DNA of 34,753 nucleotides from Clostridiaceae bacterium (GCA_012839865.1 DUMO01000047.1:1-34753); one strand, 5' to 3'; shown: positions 1 to 9,687, counted from the first letter of the stretch. Numbers and translations are program-made. Notes: generated by a model from the letters alone, not told the origin.

Positions 1-62
1 TGATTTATTTTATTGGATAGTATCCTTGCACCTTATCCCATGACACTTTACCCTGTTTTTCT

Positions 63-120
63 GGAACGAGTTTATTTGCAGAGGAACGACTTTATTTGCA
101 AAGGAAAGAGTTTGTTTGAT
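63..120. repeat. Three degenerate 20-bp direct repeats
   Basis: GGAACGAGTTTATTTGCAGA / GGAACGACTTTATTTGCAAA / GGAAAGAGTTTGTTTGAT starting at 63, 83 and 103. Confidence 0.8.
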
Positions 121-150
121 GTTTACATTGGCTTGGATAAATGATTCACA

Positions 151-639
151 TCACTCATATTCCTTTACCATAAACGCCCTGGCATAGCCTTTATCCTTCA
201 AAATGGAATCCACATGAAAACCCCTTGCATAGTAGAAGTTTATCAAAGCGGTATGCCTGGATGCAGTATAAAGCCCTGCCCGTTTTACGCCTTTTTCTGA
301 AAGAAACCGGTCCACAACATTAATCAGGGTTTTCCCCACCCCATTGTTGCTGTACTTTGTTTTCACGCCAAAACGTGTTATCAGGGCAGTCTTGTCGGGC
401 AATATTTCAACACGCACGCAGCCCACCGGCTCGTTATCTATAAATGCAATAAAAACATGCTTTTTTAAAATATCTTCAATTATATCATCGACTGTCTCGG
501 TTAATGCGGCAACATCCGAAGTTATCCCGGCATCAGCCTTATATTTCGTAAAAGCTTCCCGGGTAATTTCATGTATCGCCTCTGCATCCTCCACAGTGGC
601 TTTTCTAATATTAAAAGAATAGAACTGATTATCTTTCAC
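151..639 (-). CDS. GNAT-family N-acetyltransferase
   Basis: 162 aa; IRKAT..D start, acetyl-CoA motif A variant (RFGVKTKYSNNGVGKTL), FY..RGF near the C-terminus; GTG start with AGGAG RBS. Confidence 0.85.
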   Translation of the reverse strand: MKDNQFYSFNIRKATVEDAEAIHEITREAFTKYKADAGITSDVAALTETVDDIIEDILKKHVFIAFIDNEPVGCVRVEILPDKTALITRFGVKTKYSNNGVGKTLINVVDRFLSEKGVKRAGLYTASRHTALINFYYARGFHVDSILKDKGYARAFMVKEYE

Positions 640-673
640 CTGCTACAACTCCTAACATATTTTTACCGTGGGC

Positions 674-697
674 AAGACAGGGGACGGTTCTGTGTCT
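674..697. repeat. REP-like intergenic palindrome (GGGACGGTTC core)
   Basis: AAGACA-GGGACGGTTCTG-TGTCTT; the same 10-bp core occurs inverted at 9692-9701. Confidence 0.6.
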
Positions 698-809
698 TAC
701 TTCGCGATCGGACAGAAGACGTTAATGTGAAAACAGATACCTTCTCCACTGATTGTTTTCATGCATTCAACTGTGACAGGCAAATGTCATGGATGTTCTG
801 TGTCCTGCC

Positions 810-1727
810 TTACCCCATCAACAATACCATTATTGCCTTTTGCACATGCAGCCTGTTTTCAGCCTCGTCAAAGATTGCTGAGTTCGGACCATCAATTACA
901 TCTTCCGTTACCTCAAATCCCCTGTAAGCGGGCAGGCAATGCAGGAACATGGCATCCTTTTTCGCCAGTGAAAAAAGTTCGGCATTTACCTGGTAATCCT
1001 TAAACACCTTGATTTTCTTTTCCTTCTCGCTTTCCTGCCCCATGCTTACCCATGTGTCAGTATATACAACATCTGCATCCTTAATCGCTTCCCTGGGATC
1101 ATTGGTCTCAAGAATTTTAGCTCCTGATTCCCCGGCATCTTCCAGCGCTCCCTGATATACCGTCCTGTCACACTCATAGCCATTTGGAGTGGCTACTGAA
1201 ATATCCATACCCACTTTGGCGCAGCCATACAGAAGCGAGTTCGCCATATTGTTGCCGTCACCGATATACGCAAGTTTAAGGCCCTTAAAAGTTTCTTTGT
1301 ATTCAAGAACGGTAAACAGGTCGGCAAGCACCTGGCAGGGGTGCAGGTAGTCCGTAAGTCCGTTAATAACCGGTACACTCCCGTATTTTGCAAGATCCTC
1401 CACGTCAGAATGAGCAAAAGTCCTGATCATAATTCCATCAACATATCTTGAAAGCACCTTGGCTGTATCATAAATGCTTTCTCCTCTTCCAATCTGTATA
1501 TCGTCGGAGCTTAAGAAAATCGCATTGCCTCCGAGCTGGTACATTCCGGTTTCAAAGGACACGCGGGTTCTTGTGGATGACTTTGTAAAAATCATTCCCA
1601 GTGTCTTACCTTTCAGCAGCGGGTGCGGAATTCCCTGTTTTCTCTCCTTCTTCAGTTTTGCGGACAACTCAAAAATTTTATTGACTTCTTCCAAAGATAA
1701 ATCATGAATACTGATTAAATGTTTCAT
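810..1727 (-). CDS. argF: Ornithine carbamoyltransferase
   Basis: STRTR, HPCQ, SMG loop and HCLP motifs. ATG at 1727 chosen over GTG at 1736 because GGAG lies at proper spacing. Confidence 0.97.
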   Translation of the reverse strand: MKHLISIHDLSLEEVNKIFELSAKLKKERKQGIPHPLLKGKTLGMIFTKSSTRTRVSFETGMYQLGGNAIFLSSDDIQIGRGESIYDTAKVLSRYVDGIMIRTFAHSDVEDLAKYGSVPVINGLTDYLHPCQVLADLFTVLEYKETFKGLKLAYIGDGNNMANSLLYGCAKVGMDISVATPNGYECDRTVYQGALEDAGESGAKILETNDPREAIKDADVVYTDTWVSMGQESEKEKKIKVFKDYQVNAELFSLAKKDAMFLHCLPAYRGFEVTEDVIDGPNSAIFDEAENRLHVQKAIMVLLMG

Positions 1728-1905
1728 CACTTTCACTCCAATGCTTTTTTCATCAGGTAAATACCTGTCACCCGGGCAAGTTTATGTTCCGAAAAAATTT
1801 TCATGCCACATAGCTGCCTTGCCCATGATAATTGTCAAATTAATAAAGTTTTTATCCTGCAATATCGCATTGCCTTAAATCCGTCAAATTTCTTTTCTCT
1901 GTTCT

Positions 1906-4900
1906 TCATCCTACTTTTGCACCTTGTCTTGAATACTCGTCAAGTGAATATATATTAAAACATTCCATGTGTTTTCCGGACTCCAGCATATCCAGCACGG
2001 CATACGCTGTATCAAGGGATGTGATGCAGGGTATATTGTACTCGATGGAAGTCCTGCGCATTCGGTAGCCTAATTTTGACGGTAGCTCTCCCCTTACCGG
2101 AGTGTTGATAACCATTGAAATGCTGTCATTCTGTAAAGATTCCAGTATATTGTCATCCGGTATGAATTCTGCTTCAATGCCGCTTCCTGTAAGATAATCA
2201 TATGAATCTCTGGTTGCTGCAATCTTATATCCCAGTCTTGCCAGTTTTTCAGCAACCTTTTTGCAAAAATCCTTGTCCCTTTTAGCCACCGACAAAAGCA
2301 CCCTTCCACCGTCAGGTATATTGATTCCTGAAGCCAAAACAGCTTTATACAGGGCACAATGGAAATCCTTGTCCACTCCCATGACTTCACCGGTTGATTT
2401 CATTTCAGGTCCAAGAAAAGTGTCCACAGTTGCCAGCTTTGAGAATGAAAATACAGGAGCTTTTACACAGGTAAATTCCCCTTCAGGTGCAAGTCCCGGT
2501 TGATACCCAATCTCCCTGAGGGTTTTGCCCATTATCAATTTGGTTGCAATATTCACCATGGGTATTCCAGTAATTTTGCTCATTATGGGCACTGTCCTGC
2601 TGGCCCTCGGGTTTACTTCTATAACATAAACTTTTTCATTCTTGTCCATTACAAACTGGATATTGAAAACCCCGACAATTTTCAGGGCTCTGGCGAGTCT
2701 CTCAGTGTAGTTGAGGATTGTTTCCTTCGTCTCCCTGCTTATGGTGCGGGCAGGATAAACTGCCATACTGTCACCCGAGTGAACCCCGGCACCTTCAATA
2801 TGTTCAATTATTCCCGGGATCAGCACCTCGCTGCCGTCGCACAGGCCGTCCACTTCAAGCTCCTTGCCTTCTATATACTTGTCAATCAGGATGGAATGCC
2901 CCTTTGAAACATCCACGGCAAGGTTCATGTATTCTTTGAGCATTTCCTTGTTATATACAATCTCCATAGCCCTGCCGCCTATGACATAGGAAGGCCGCAC
3001 CAGCACGGGGTAGCCGATTTCGTCTGCAATAACTTCGGCTTCCTCCGGGGAAAATGCCGTATGCCCCAAAGGTATGGGGATGTTAAGCTCTTCCACCAGC
3101 TTAAGAAATTTATCCCTGTCCTCTGCAATGTCTATACTCTTCACCGAAGTACCAAGTATTTTAACTCCTGCCATCTCAAGAGGCCCGGCCAGGTTGATGG
3201 CAGTCTGCCCTCCAAACTGTACAACGATACCCAAAGGTTTCTCTTTGTTAACTATATCAAGCACGCACTCCTTGGTCAAAGGTTCAAAATACAGTTTATC
3301 CGCAGTATCAAAGTCTGTGCTCACCGTTTCAGGGTTGTTGTTGATTATGATTGACTCTATATCCATTTCCTTCAGGGTCTTGACAGCATGGACACTGCAG
3401 TAGTCAAACTCAATACCCTGGCCTATGCGAATGGGTCCTGAGCCAATTACCAGGACTTTATCACAGTCCTTTGGCACGACTTCGTCTTCTTCCTCATATG
3501 TGGAATAGTAATACGGCGTCACTGCTTCAAACTCTCCGGCACAGGTGTCAACCATTTTGTAAACAGGCATGATGGGGAATTTCTTGCGCAGCTCCAATAC
3601 CTTTTCCAAAGGCACGCTTACAAGGTTGGCAATGTATGAATCTCCGAAACCGACTTGCTTGGCTTTTGAATAAAGATCATAATCCAGCCACGCTATGCCT
3701 GCTTTTTTAACTTCTTCGGCAACATCCACAATTTTCTTGAGTTTGCTTAAGAAAAACCTGTCTATCATTGTTACTTCATGGATTTTATCAATAGTCACAC
3801 CTTTTTGCAGGGCCTTGCATATTGCAAAAATTCTTTGCTCATCAGGGTGTTTGATTATATCAATCAATTCTTCCGCTGTCTTGTTCTCAAAAAGGCTCAA
3901 TCCAAGCTGGTAGTTCATCTTTATGTCAAGGGAGTCAATAGCTTTTAAAAGGGACTCCTCAAAAGTCCGTCCAATTGCCATGACTTCTCCCGTGGCTTTC
4001 ATCTGCGTTCCAATATTCCGGTCGGCGGTGGTGAACTTGTCAAAGGGCCATCTTGGAACCTTTGTGACAACATAGTCAATGGACGGTTCAAATATCGCAT
4101 AGGTATTCCGGGTAATCGGATTTTTTATCTCATCCAGGTTAAGCCCCAGGGCAATTTTGGCGGCAACCCTGGCAATGGGGTATCCTGTAGCCTTTGAAGC
4201 CAATGCACTGGACCTGCTTACTCTTGGATTAACTTCTATAACTACATATTCAAAACTGTCCGGATTCAAAGCAAACTGAATGTTGCAGCCTCCCTTGATT
4301 CCCAGAGATCTGATAATGTTCAGGGAAGCCCTGCGGAGCATCTGGTATTCCACATCTGACAGGGTCTGGCTTGGAGCTACAACAATACTGTCCCCCGTAT
4401 GCACTCCCACCGGGTCAAAATTTTCCATATTGCAAACAACAACACAGTTGTCTGCACCGTCCCTTATAACCTCATACTCGATTTCCTTCCACCCTGCGAC
4501 ACTCTGTTCCAGCAGTACCTGGTGAATCATGCTGTATTTCAGGCCTTTGCCGCATATATACCGGAATTCCTCCATATCATGGGCAATACCTCCCCCTGAC
4601 CCTCCAAGAGTATATGCCGGGCGGATAATAATCGGGAAACCCACTTCCCTGGCAAAATCCTCCGCATCCTTCAGATTGGTGGCAATTGTGCTGTATGGCA
4701 CACTGTCTCCTATTTCCCTCATGGTCTTTTTGAAAAGTTCCCTGTCCTCGGCTTTTTTGATTGATTCAAGGGAAGTGCCAAGAAGCTCTATCCCCAACTC
4801 ATCAAGAATGCCGTCCTGAGCAAGTTCCACAGCCATATTCAGCCCGGTCTGACCACCGAGGGATGCCAGGATGCCGTCCGGTTTTTCTTTTATTATTATC

Positions 4901-5127
4901 TTTTTCAGAAACGTTAAAGTTATAGGTTCAATGTATACTTTATCCGCACTGTCCAGGTCAGTCATTATTGTGGCTGGATTGCTGTTTACCAGTACAACTT
5001 CCACTCCCTCTTCCCTCAAGGCACGGCAAGCCTGAGTTCCGGAGTAGTCAAATTCGGCAGCCTGGCCTATTACTATAGGTCCTGAACCAATAACAAGTAC
5101 TTTCTTTATGTCAGTTCTCTTAGGCAT
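1906..5127 (-). CDS. carB: Carbamoyl-phosphate synthase large subunit
   Basis: [30 protein letters not shown] start, duplicated ATP-grasp halves, C-terminal MGS-like domain; ATG at 5127 with GGAGG RBS. Confidence 0.98.
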   Translation of the reverse strand: MPKRTDIKKVLVIGSGPIVIGQAAEFDYSGTQACRALREEGVEVVLVNSNPATIMTDLDSADKVYIEPITLTFLKKIIIKEKPDGILASLGGQTGLNMAVELAQDGILDELGIELLGTSLESIKKAEDRELFKKTMREIGDSVPYSTIATNLKDAEDFAREVGFPIIIRPAYTLGGSGGGIAHDMEEFRYICGKGLKYSMIHQVLLEQSVAGWKEIEYEVIRDGADNCVVVCNMENFDPVGVHTGDSIVVAPSQTLSDVEYQMLRRASLNIIRSLGIKGGCNIQFALNPDSFEYVVIEVNPRVSRSSALASKATGYPIARVAAKIALGLNLDEIKNPITRNTYAIFEPSIDYVVTKVPRWPFDKFTTADRNIGTQMKATGEVMAIGRTFEESLLKAIDSLDIKMNYQLGLSLFENKTAEELIDIIKHPDEQRIFAICKALQKGVTIDKIHEVTMIDRFFLSKLKKIVDVAEEVKKAGIAWLDYDLYSKAKQVGFGDSYIANLVSVPLEKVLELRKKFPIMPVYKMVDTCAGEFEAVTPYYYSTYEEEDEVVPKDCDKVLVIGSGPIRIGQGIEFDYCSVHAVKTLKEMDIESIIINNNPETVSTDFDTADKLYFEPLTKECVLDIVNKEKPLGIVVQFGGQTAINLAGPLEMAGVKILGTSVKSIDIAEDRDKFLKLVEELNIPIPLGHTAFSPEEAEVIADEIGYPVLVRPSYVIGGRAMEIVYNKEMLKEYMNLAVDVSKGHSILIDKYIEGKELEVDGLCDGSEVLIPGIIEHIEGAGVHSGDSMAVYPARTISRETKETILNYTERLARALKIVGVFNIQFVMDKNEKVYVIEVNPRASRTVPIMSKITGIPMVNIATKLIMGKTLREIGYQPGLAPEGEFTCVKAPVFSFSKLATVDTFLGPEMKSTGEVMGVDKDFHCALYKAVLASGINIPDGGRVLLSVAKRDKDFCKKVAEKLARLGYKIAATRDSYDYLTGSGIEAEFIPDDNILESLQNDSISMVINTPVRGELPSKLGYRMRRTSIEYNIPCITSLDTAYAVLDMLESGKHMECFNIYSLDEYSRQGAKVG

Positions 5128-5153
5128 AAATTCCTCCCGTTTAATATGAAACA

Positions 5154-5300
5154 CAGCGGACTGCAGTCCGAAGGCCGTATAATTTTCTCGCATTTATAGA
5201 AGGCGCAACAGACTCGCATCCGTTGGCCAAATATTTCCCCTCATTTGCAGGAAAGAGCAACGGACTTCCTATCCGTAGGCCGTACAATTTCTTCCCGTTT
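5154..5300 (-). repeat. Three 52-bp degenerate tandem repeats, each with a hairpin, between carA and carB
   Basis: C(G/A)GACT...TCCG..GGCC cores start at 5157, 5209 and 5261, an exact 52-bp period. Confidence 0.8.
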
Positions 5301-5371
5301 AACAGTTACCTGATGTAACACCTGACGGAAGTTTCACCGATGGGACCATACGATTTCTTTCCATTTAACCG

Positions 5372-6430
5372 TTACCCCATCATTTTTATAAAAATATCAA
5401 AAATGTGAGCAGAATCACCCTTTTCCGGTTCGGTTTCCGGATAAAACTGTGTACCGAGAACCGGCAGGCTTTTATGCATGAATCCTTCGATTGTGTTGTC
5501 ATTGACACCTGTATGTGTGATTACAACATTGTCGTTAGTAAACTTGTCTATGACATAATCATGATTTTGCAATGTAATATAGCACCTTCCCGTAATATGG
5601 TCCTTAACCGGGTAATTTCCGCCATGGTGGCCAAAACTAAGCTTGCGTATACTGCCTCCCAGAGCAAGACCTAGAAGCTGGTGCCCGAGCCCTATGCCAA
5701 AAATTGGCTTTTTCCCGACAAGCTCCTTAACACTTTTCAGTATAGACGGTAAATCTTCCGGACTTCCCGGGCCACTGGACAGCAACACGCCATCCGGATC
5801 ATACTCCATTATTTCACGTGCCGTGAAATTGGCAGGCAATATGTATATATCGCAATTTCTTATACTGAGAGAGCCGATTATCTTGTTCATTACCCCAAAA
5901 TCAAGCAAAGCCACTTTTTTCCCGGTGCCAGGCACATGCAATAGGTTACTCCTTGTAACCTCCATGACAAGTTCCCGTCTTTTCTGCTTCTCTTTTCTTA
6001 TCTTCTCAAGCAAAACATCAATATTTCCGGAAACAGTGGATATTACTCCAAACATGCTTCCAAAACGCCTTATATGGTGAGTCAGGGCTCTTGTGTCAAT
6101 ATTCCTGATGCCTGTTATATTGTGTTTTAAAAAGTATTCCTCAAGGCTGCCCAAGCTTCTCCAACTACTTGGGCTCTCACATAGCTCTTTTACCACAAGA
6201 CCCTGCACATAAGGCCTTGCCGATTCCGCATCTTCGCTGTTGAAGCCATAATTTCCGATAAGGGGGTAAGTCATAGCCACTATCTGTCCGTTATACGCAG
6301 GGTCTGTCAAGACCTCCTGGTATCCGGTCATGCATGTATTGAAAACAACCTCCCCGAATACTTCTCCTTCTTTGCCAAAGGCTTTGCCTGTATAATATGT
6401 TCCGTCTTCCAGCACCAAAACTGACTTCAT
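5372..6430 (-). CDS. carA: Carbamoyl-phosphate synthase small subunit with a degenerate glutaminase active site
   Basis: LVLEDGT, GEVVFNT.MTGYQE.LTDP, YPLIGNYG and IDTRALT motifs; class I GATase domain reads FGIGLGHQ and QFYPE. ATG at 6430 with GGAGG RBS. Confidence 0.95.
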   Translation of the reverse strand: MKSVLVLEDGTYYTGKAFGKEGEVFGEVVFNTCMTGYQEVLTDPAYNGQIVAMTYPLIGNYGFNSEDAESARPYVQGLVVKELCESPSSWRSLGSLEEYFLKHNITGIRNIDTRALTHHIRRFGSMFGVISTVSGNIDVLLEKIRKEKQKRRELVMEVTRSNLLHVPGTGKKVALLDFGVMNKIIGSLSIRNCDIYILPANFTAREIMEYDPDGVLLSSGPGSPEDLPSILKSVKELVGKKPIFGIGLGHQLLGLALGGSIRKLSFGHHGGNYPVKDHITGRCYITLQNHDYVIDKFTNDNVVITHTGVNDNTIEGFMHKSLPVLGTQFYPETEPEKGDSAHIFDIFIKMMG

Positions 6431-6464
6431 TAATTTACTGCCTCCGTTAATATATAAAGATAAA

Positions 6465-7670
6465 TTATTCTTTACCCAATTTCCCCAGCACCCTGCCGAA
6501 CATATCAATGAACAAATCAACATCTTCCATTTTCAGGATAAGTGGGGGTAAAATTCTTATTATATTGGGACCCACATTGCCAACCAGATAACCTTCCTTA
6601 AAACACAGGTTCTTAATCTCAACTGCTATTTCCTTGTTGAACTCCATACCAATCATCAGGCCCTTTCCGCGAATGTTGGAAATAATGCCGTGTTTTTGGG
6701 ACAGTTCCCCTAGTTTGGAGATAAAATAGGCACCAACGTTGGCTGCATTTTTCACAAGTTTTTCATTCAAAATTGTTTGGACTACTGAAATTGCGGCTGA
6801 ACATGCAAGGGGATTGCCCCCGAAGGTTGAACCATGGTCACCCGGTTCAAAGGTTTCAGCCACCGGGCTCTTTGCACATACCGCACCAATAGGGAATCCT
6901 CCTCCAAGCCCCTTGGCAAGAGTAAATATCTCAGGCTCAATATCAAAATGCTCAAACCCGAACATTTTGCCTGTCCGCCCCATACCACACTGCACTTCAT
7001 CAAAAATCATCAGTATGCCTTTTTCATCACAAAGTTTCCTGACTTCCCTTATGTATTCCCTGTCTATCAGGTTCACACCGCCTTCGCCCTGTATTGCTTC
7101 AACCATTATGGCTGCGGTGTTTTCGTTCACAGCAGCTTTAATTGCCTCAAGGTCATTGGCCGGCACCATTTTAAATCCCGGGCTTAACGGCATGGCGGTC
7201 TTGTGGTATTTTTCCTGGCCGGTTGCGGCAATAGTGGTAATGGTCCTTCCGTGGAATGACTTTTTGAAAGTGATTATTTCATACTTGTTCTCCAGGCCTT
7301 TTTTCCGAAAGTACAACCGGGCAAGTTTGATTGCGGCTTCGTTTGCCTCAGCTCCGCTGTTTTGGAAAAACACTTTGTCTGCACATGAGTTTTCCGCCAG
7401 GATTTTTGCCAGCTTCGCCTGGGATTCTATATAATACAGGTTTGAACAATGTATCAGATTTTCAGCCTGGGTCTTGATTGCATTCACCAGATTCGGATGT
7501 GAATGACCAAGAGCATTTACGGCAATTCCCCCAAGAAAATCATAGTATTTATTCCCGTCTATATCCCATAAATTTATACCTTTTCCATACTTGAAGCATA
7601 CGGGAGTCCTGTCGCCAAAGGTATTCATGAAAAATTTTTTATCCATTTCAATAATTTCTTTCAAATGCAT
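6465..7670 (-). CDS. argD: Acetylornithine aminotransferase (class III PLP)
   Basis: SGAEANEAAIK, SFHGRT, FDEVQCGMGRTG, LAKGLGGG and HGSTFGGNPL motifs; arg operon context. Confidence 0.95.
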   Translation of the reverse strand: MHLKEIIEMDKKFFMNTFGDRTPVCFKYGKGINLWDIDGNKYYDFLGGIAVNALGHSHPNLVNAIKTQAENLIHCSNLYYIESQAKLAKILAENSCADKVFFQNSGAEANEAAIKLARLYFRKKGLENKYEIITFKKSFHGRTITTIAATGQEKYHKTAMPLSPGFKMVPANDLEAIKAAVNENTAAIMVEAIQGEGGVNLIDREYIREVRKLCDEKGILMIFDEVQCGMGRTGKMFGFEHFDIEPEIFTLAKGLGGGFPIGAVCAKSPVAETFEPGDHGSTFGGNPLACSAAISVVQTILNEKLVKNAANVGAYFISKLGELSQKHGIISNIRGKGLMIGMEFNKEIAVEIKNLCFKEGYLVGNVGPNIIRILPPLILKMEDVDLFIDMFGRVLGKLGKE

Positions 7671-7696
7671 CCTAATATAACCTCCCGAAAATTTTG

Positions 7697-7730
7697 TTTA
7701 TAATTATACATCCGAATGTATAAAAATGCA
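7697..7730. promoter_or_regulatory. Tandem ARG boxes (ArgR/AhrC operator)
   Basis: TTTATAATTATACA (7697-7710) and TGTATAAAAATGCA (7717-7730) match the TGWATWWWWATWCA-type core; they overlap the argD promoter. Confidence 0.8.
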
Positions 7731-7731
7731 A
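7703..7731 (-). promoter_or_regulatory. Sigma-A promoter of the arg operon
   Basis: Minus strand TTGCAT-17 bp-TATAAT. Confidence 0.8.
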
Positions 7732-7747
7732 TCCTTTTTTTAAGTAT

Positions 7748-7775
7748 AAAAAAAGCCGGTGTTATCCGGCTTTTT
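7748..7775 (-). terminator. Intrinsic terminator after the transketolase genes
   Basis: AAAAAAAGCCGG-TGTTAT-CCGGCTTTTT; U-tracts on both strands; 25 bp past the stop at 7801. Confidence 0.85.
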
Positions 7776-7800
7776 GTGCTTCTCAACAATCTAAAACCTG

Positions 7801-8754
7801 TTATTTGCAGCATTTTTTCTTTGCTTCCAATGCTTCTTTGGCCTTGGATACGATATTTTCAGGTGTCAGCCCGTACATCTTGAATAGCTCTGAAGGAACA
7901 CCCGATTTTCCAAACCTGTCTCCCATGTTGACCATTTTCACAGGTACCGGATAATTATCCACTACGACTTCCGCCACTGCGCTTCCAAGGCCTCCGTAGG
8001 CTACGTGTTCTTCAGCCACCACAAGGGCTCCTGTCTCTTTTGCAGCTTTTGTGATGATTTCCTTGTCGATGGGTTTTATTGTGTGAATATTGATAACTCT
8101 TGCTTCAATGCCTTCATTTTTCAAAAGTTCATGGGCATTCAGAGCCATTTCGGTCATAAGACCTGTTGAAATGATGGTAACATCATTTCCTTCCCTAAGG
8201 GTAACACCTTTGCCTAATTCAAATTTATAGTTTGCTTCATCATATATAACAGGTACATTCAGCCTGCCCAATCTCAGATATACCGGTCCGTTCAGTTCAA
8301 TGGCAGCTTTCACTGCCGCCCTTGTTTCCACCGCATCAGCAGGACAGATGATTGTCATGTTGGGCATGCTTCTCATAACTCCTATGTCTTCGCTGCATTG
8401 ATGGGAAGCTCCATCCTCCCCTACAGATATGCCGGCATGGGTAGCTCCTATTTTTACATTTAGCTTTGGATAACAGATTGAGTTTCTAATTTGTTCACAG
8501 GCTCTTTCTGAAGCAAAAATTGCGAAACTTGAGGCAAAAACTATTTTACCGCATGTGGAGAGCCCTGCGGCAACAGCCATCATATTTCCTTCAGCAATAC
8601 CCATATTGAAATGCCTTTCAGGATACTTGGCCTTAAAGACATCAGTTTTCGTAGATTTTGAAAGGTCGGCGTCCAGCACTACAATTCTTTCATCAGAACC
8701 AAATTCTGCAAGCGCATCTCCATACGCCTGTCTGGTAGCTATCTTTTTTGACAT
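7801..8754 (-). CDS. Transketolase, C-terminal subunit
   Basis: ATRQAYG, LDADLSKST, NMGIAEGNM, GEDGASHQ and EEH...GGLGSAVAE motifs. Confidence 0.93.
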   Translation of the reverse strand: MSKKIATRQAYGDALAEFGSDERIVVLDADLSKSTKTDVFKAKYPERHFNMGIAEGNMMAVAAGLSTCGKIVFASSFAIFASERACEQIRNSICYPKLNVKIGATHAGISVGEDGASHQCSEDIGVMRSMPNMTIICPADAVETRAAVKAAIELNGPVYLRLGRLNVPVIYDEANYKFELGKGVTLREGNDVTIISTGLMTEMALNAHELLKNEGIEARVINIHTIKPIDKEIITKAAKETGALVVAEEHVAYGGLGSAVAEVVVDNYPVPVKMVNMGDRFGKSGVPSELFKMYGLTPENIVSKAKEALEAKKKCCK

Positions 8755-8755
8755 A

Positions 8756-9601
8756 TTATTCTACCTCCAGTCCGGCTAAAAATTCATCGAGTTCAGCAAT
8801 TGCCTTGTCCCGTTGTTCTTTGTCGGGAGCTTTTCCATGCCATCCAACCTGTCCTTCCATAAAGGATACGCCCTTTCCTTTTATTGTCTCGGCAACTATC
8901 ATGGTTGGTTTGTCCTTTTGCATTTTACCCTGTTCTATTGCATCTATAATCTGTTCATAATCATGTCCGTCAATATTTATTACATTCCAGCCGAAAGCCT
9001 TGAATTTACCGACTACAGGTTCCGGTGACATAACCTCGGTTATGTAGCCGTCTATTTGCATGCCGTTATGGTCTACAAAAGCAATCAGGTTGTTCAGTTT
9101 GAAATGAGCTGCAGCCATTGCTGCTTCCCAAACCTGTCCCTCTTCAAGTTCACCGTCGCCAAGAATCGTATAGACATGGTAATCCTTTTTATCAATTTTA
9201 CCGGCCAAAGCCATGCCAACTGACGCAGAAAATCCCTGCGCCAAAGACCCGGTGGACATATCCACTCCCGGTACCGACTTCATGCAGGGATGCCCTTCAA
9301 GATAACTGTCAATCCTTCTGAGCTTAACAATCTCTTCTTTGGGGAAGAATCCTCTTTCAGCCAGTGTACCGTATAGAGCCGGCGCACAATGACCCTTTGA
9401 AAGCACAAACCTGTCTCTGTCAGGTGCCTTGGGATTTTTGGGATCAATATTCATGGAGTGGAAATAAAGTACTGTGAGTATGTCCGTGCATGAAAGTGAA
9501 CCGCCCGGATGACCTGAACCTGCGTTGAATGTTCCTTCAATTATATGTTTGCGGATTCTATAAGCAATTTTCTTAAATTCATCTGTTTTGCATTTGTCCA
9601 T
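8756..9601 (-). CDS. Transketolase, N-terminal subunit
   Basis: SGHPGGSLS, DRFVLSKGH, TPP motif GDGE...EGQVWEA...DHN; stop abuts the next start. Confidence 0.95.
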   Translation of the reverse strand: MDKCKTDEFKKIAYRIRKHIIEGTFNAGSGHPGGSLSCTDILTVLYFHSMNIDPKNPKAPDRDRFVLSKGHCAPALYGTLAERGFFPKEEIVKLRRIDSYLEGHPCMKSVPGVDMSTGSLAQGFSASVGMALAGKIDKKDYHVYTILGDGELEEGQVWEAAMAAAHFKLNNLIAFVDHNGMQIDGYITEVMSPEPVVGKFKAFGWNVINIDGHDYEQIIDAIEQGKMQKDKPTMIVAETIKGKGVSFMEGQVGWHGKAPDKEQRDKAIAELDEFLAGLEVE

Positions 9602-9634
9602 ATCCTACACTCCTATTCTATTGAAACTTTCATT

Positions 9635-9663
9635 AGTATACTATATGTGGCCTGATTAGTCTA
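9635..9663 (-). promoter_or_regulatory. Putative sigma-A promoter for the transketolase pair
   Basis: Minus strand TAGACT-17 bp-TATACT. Confidence 0.45.
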
Positions 9664-9687
9664 TAAAAAAATTCCAAAAGCTATTAT

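Noticed and set aside
5128..5371. PyrR attenuator, T-box or riboswitch between carA and carB
   Set aside because: No AGUCCAGAGAGG-type PyrR loop, T-box AGGG..GGUACC or U-tailed terminator; the operon context is arginine.
6431..6523. N-terminal extensions in the ORF track (carA, carB, alr, GT at 19672, GT at 30686, acyltransferase at 33733)
   Set aside because: Downstream starts have proper RBSs and match family N-termini; the extensions overlap other genes or repeats.
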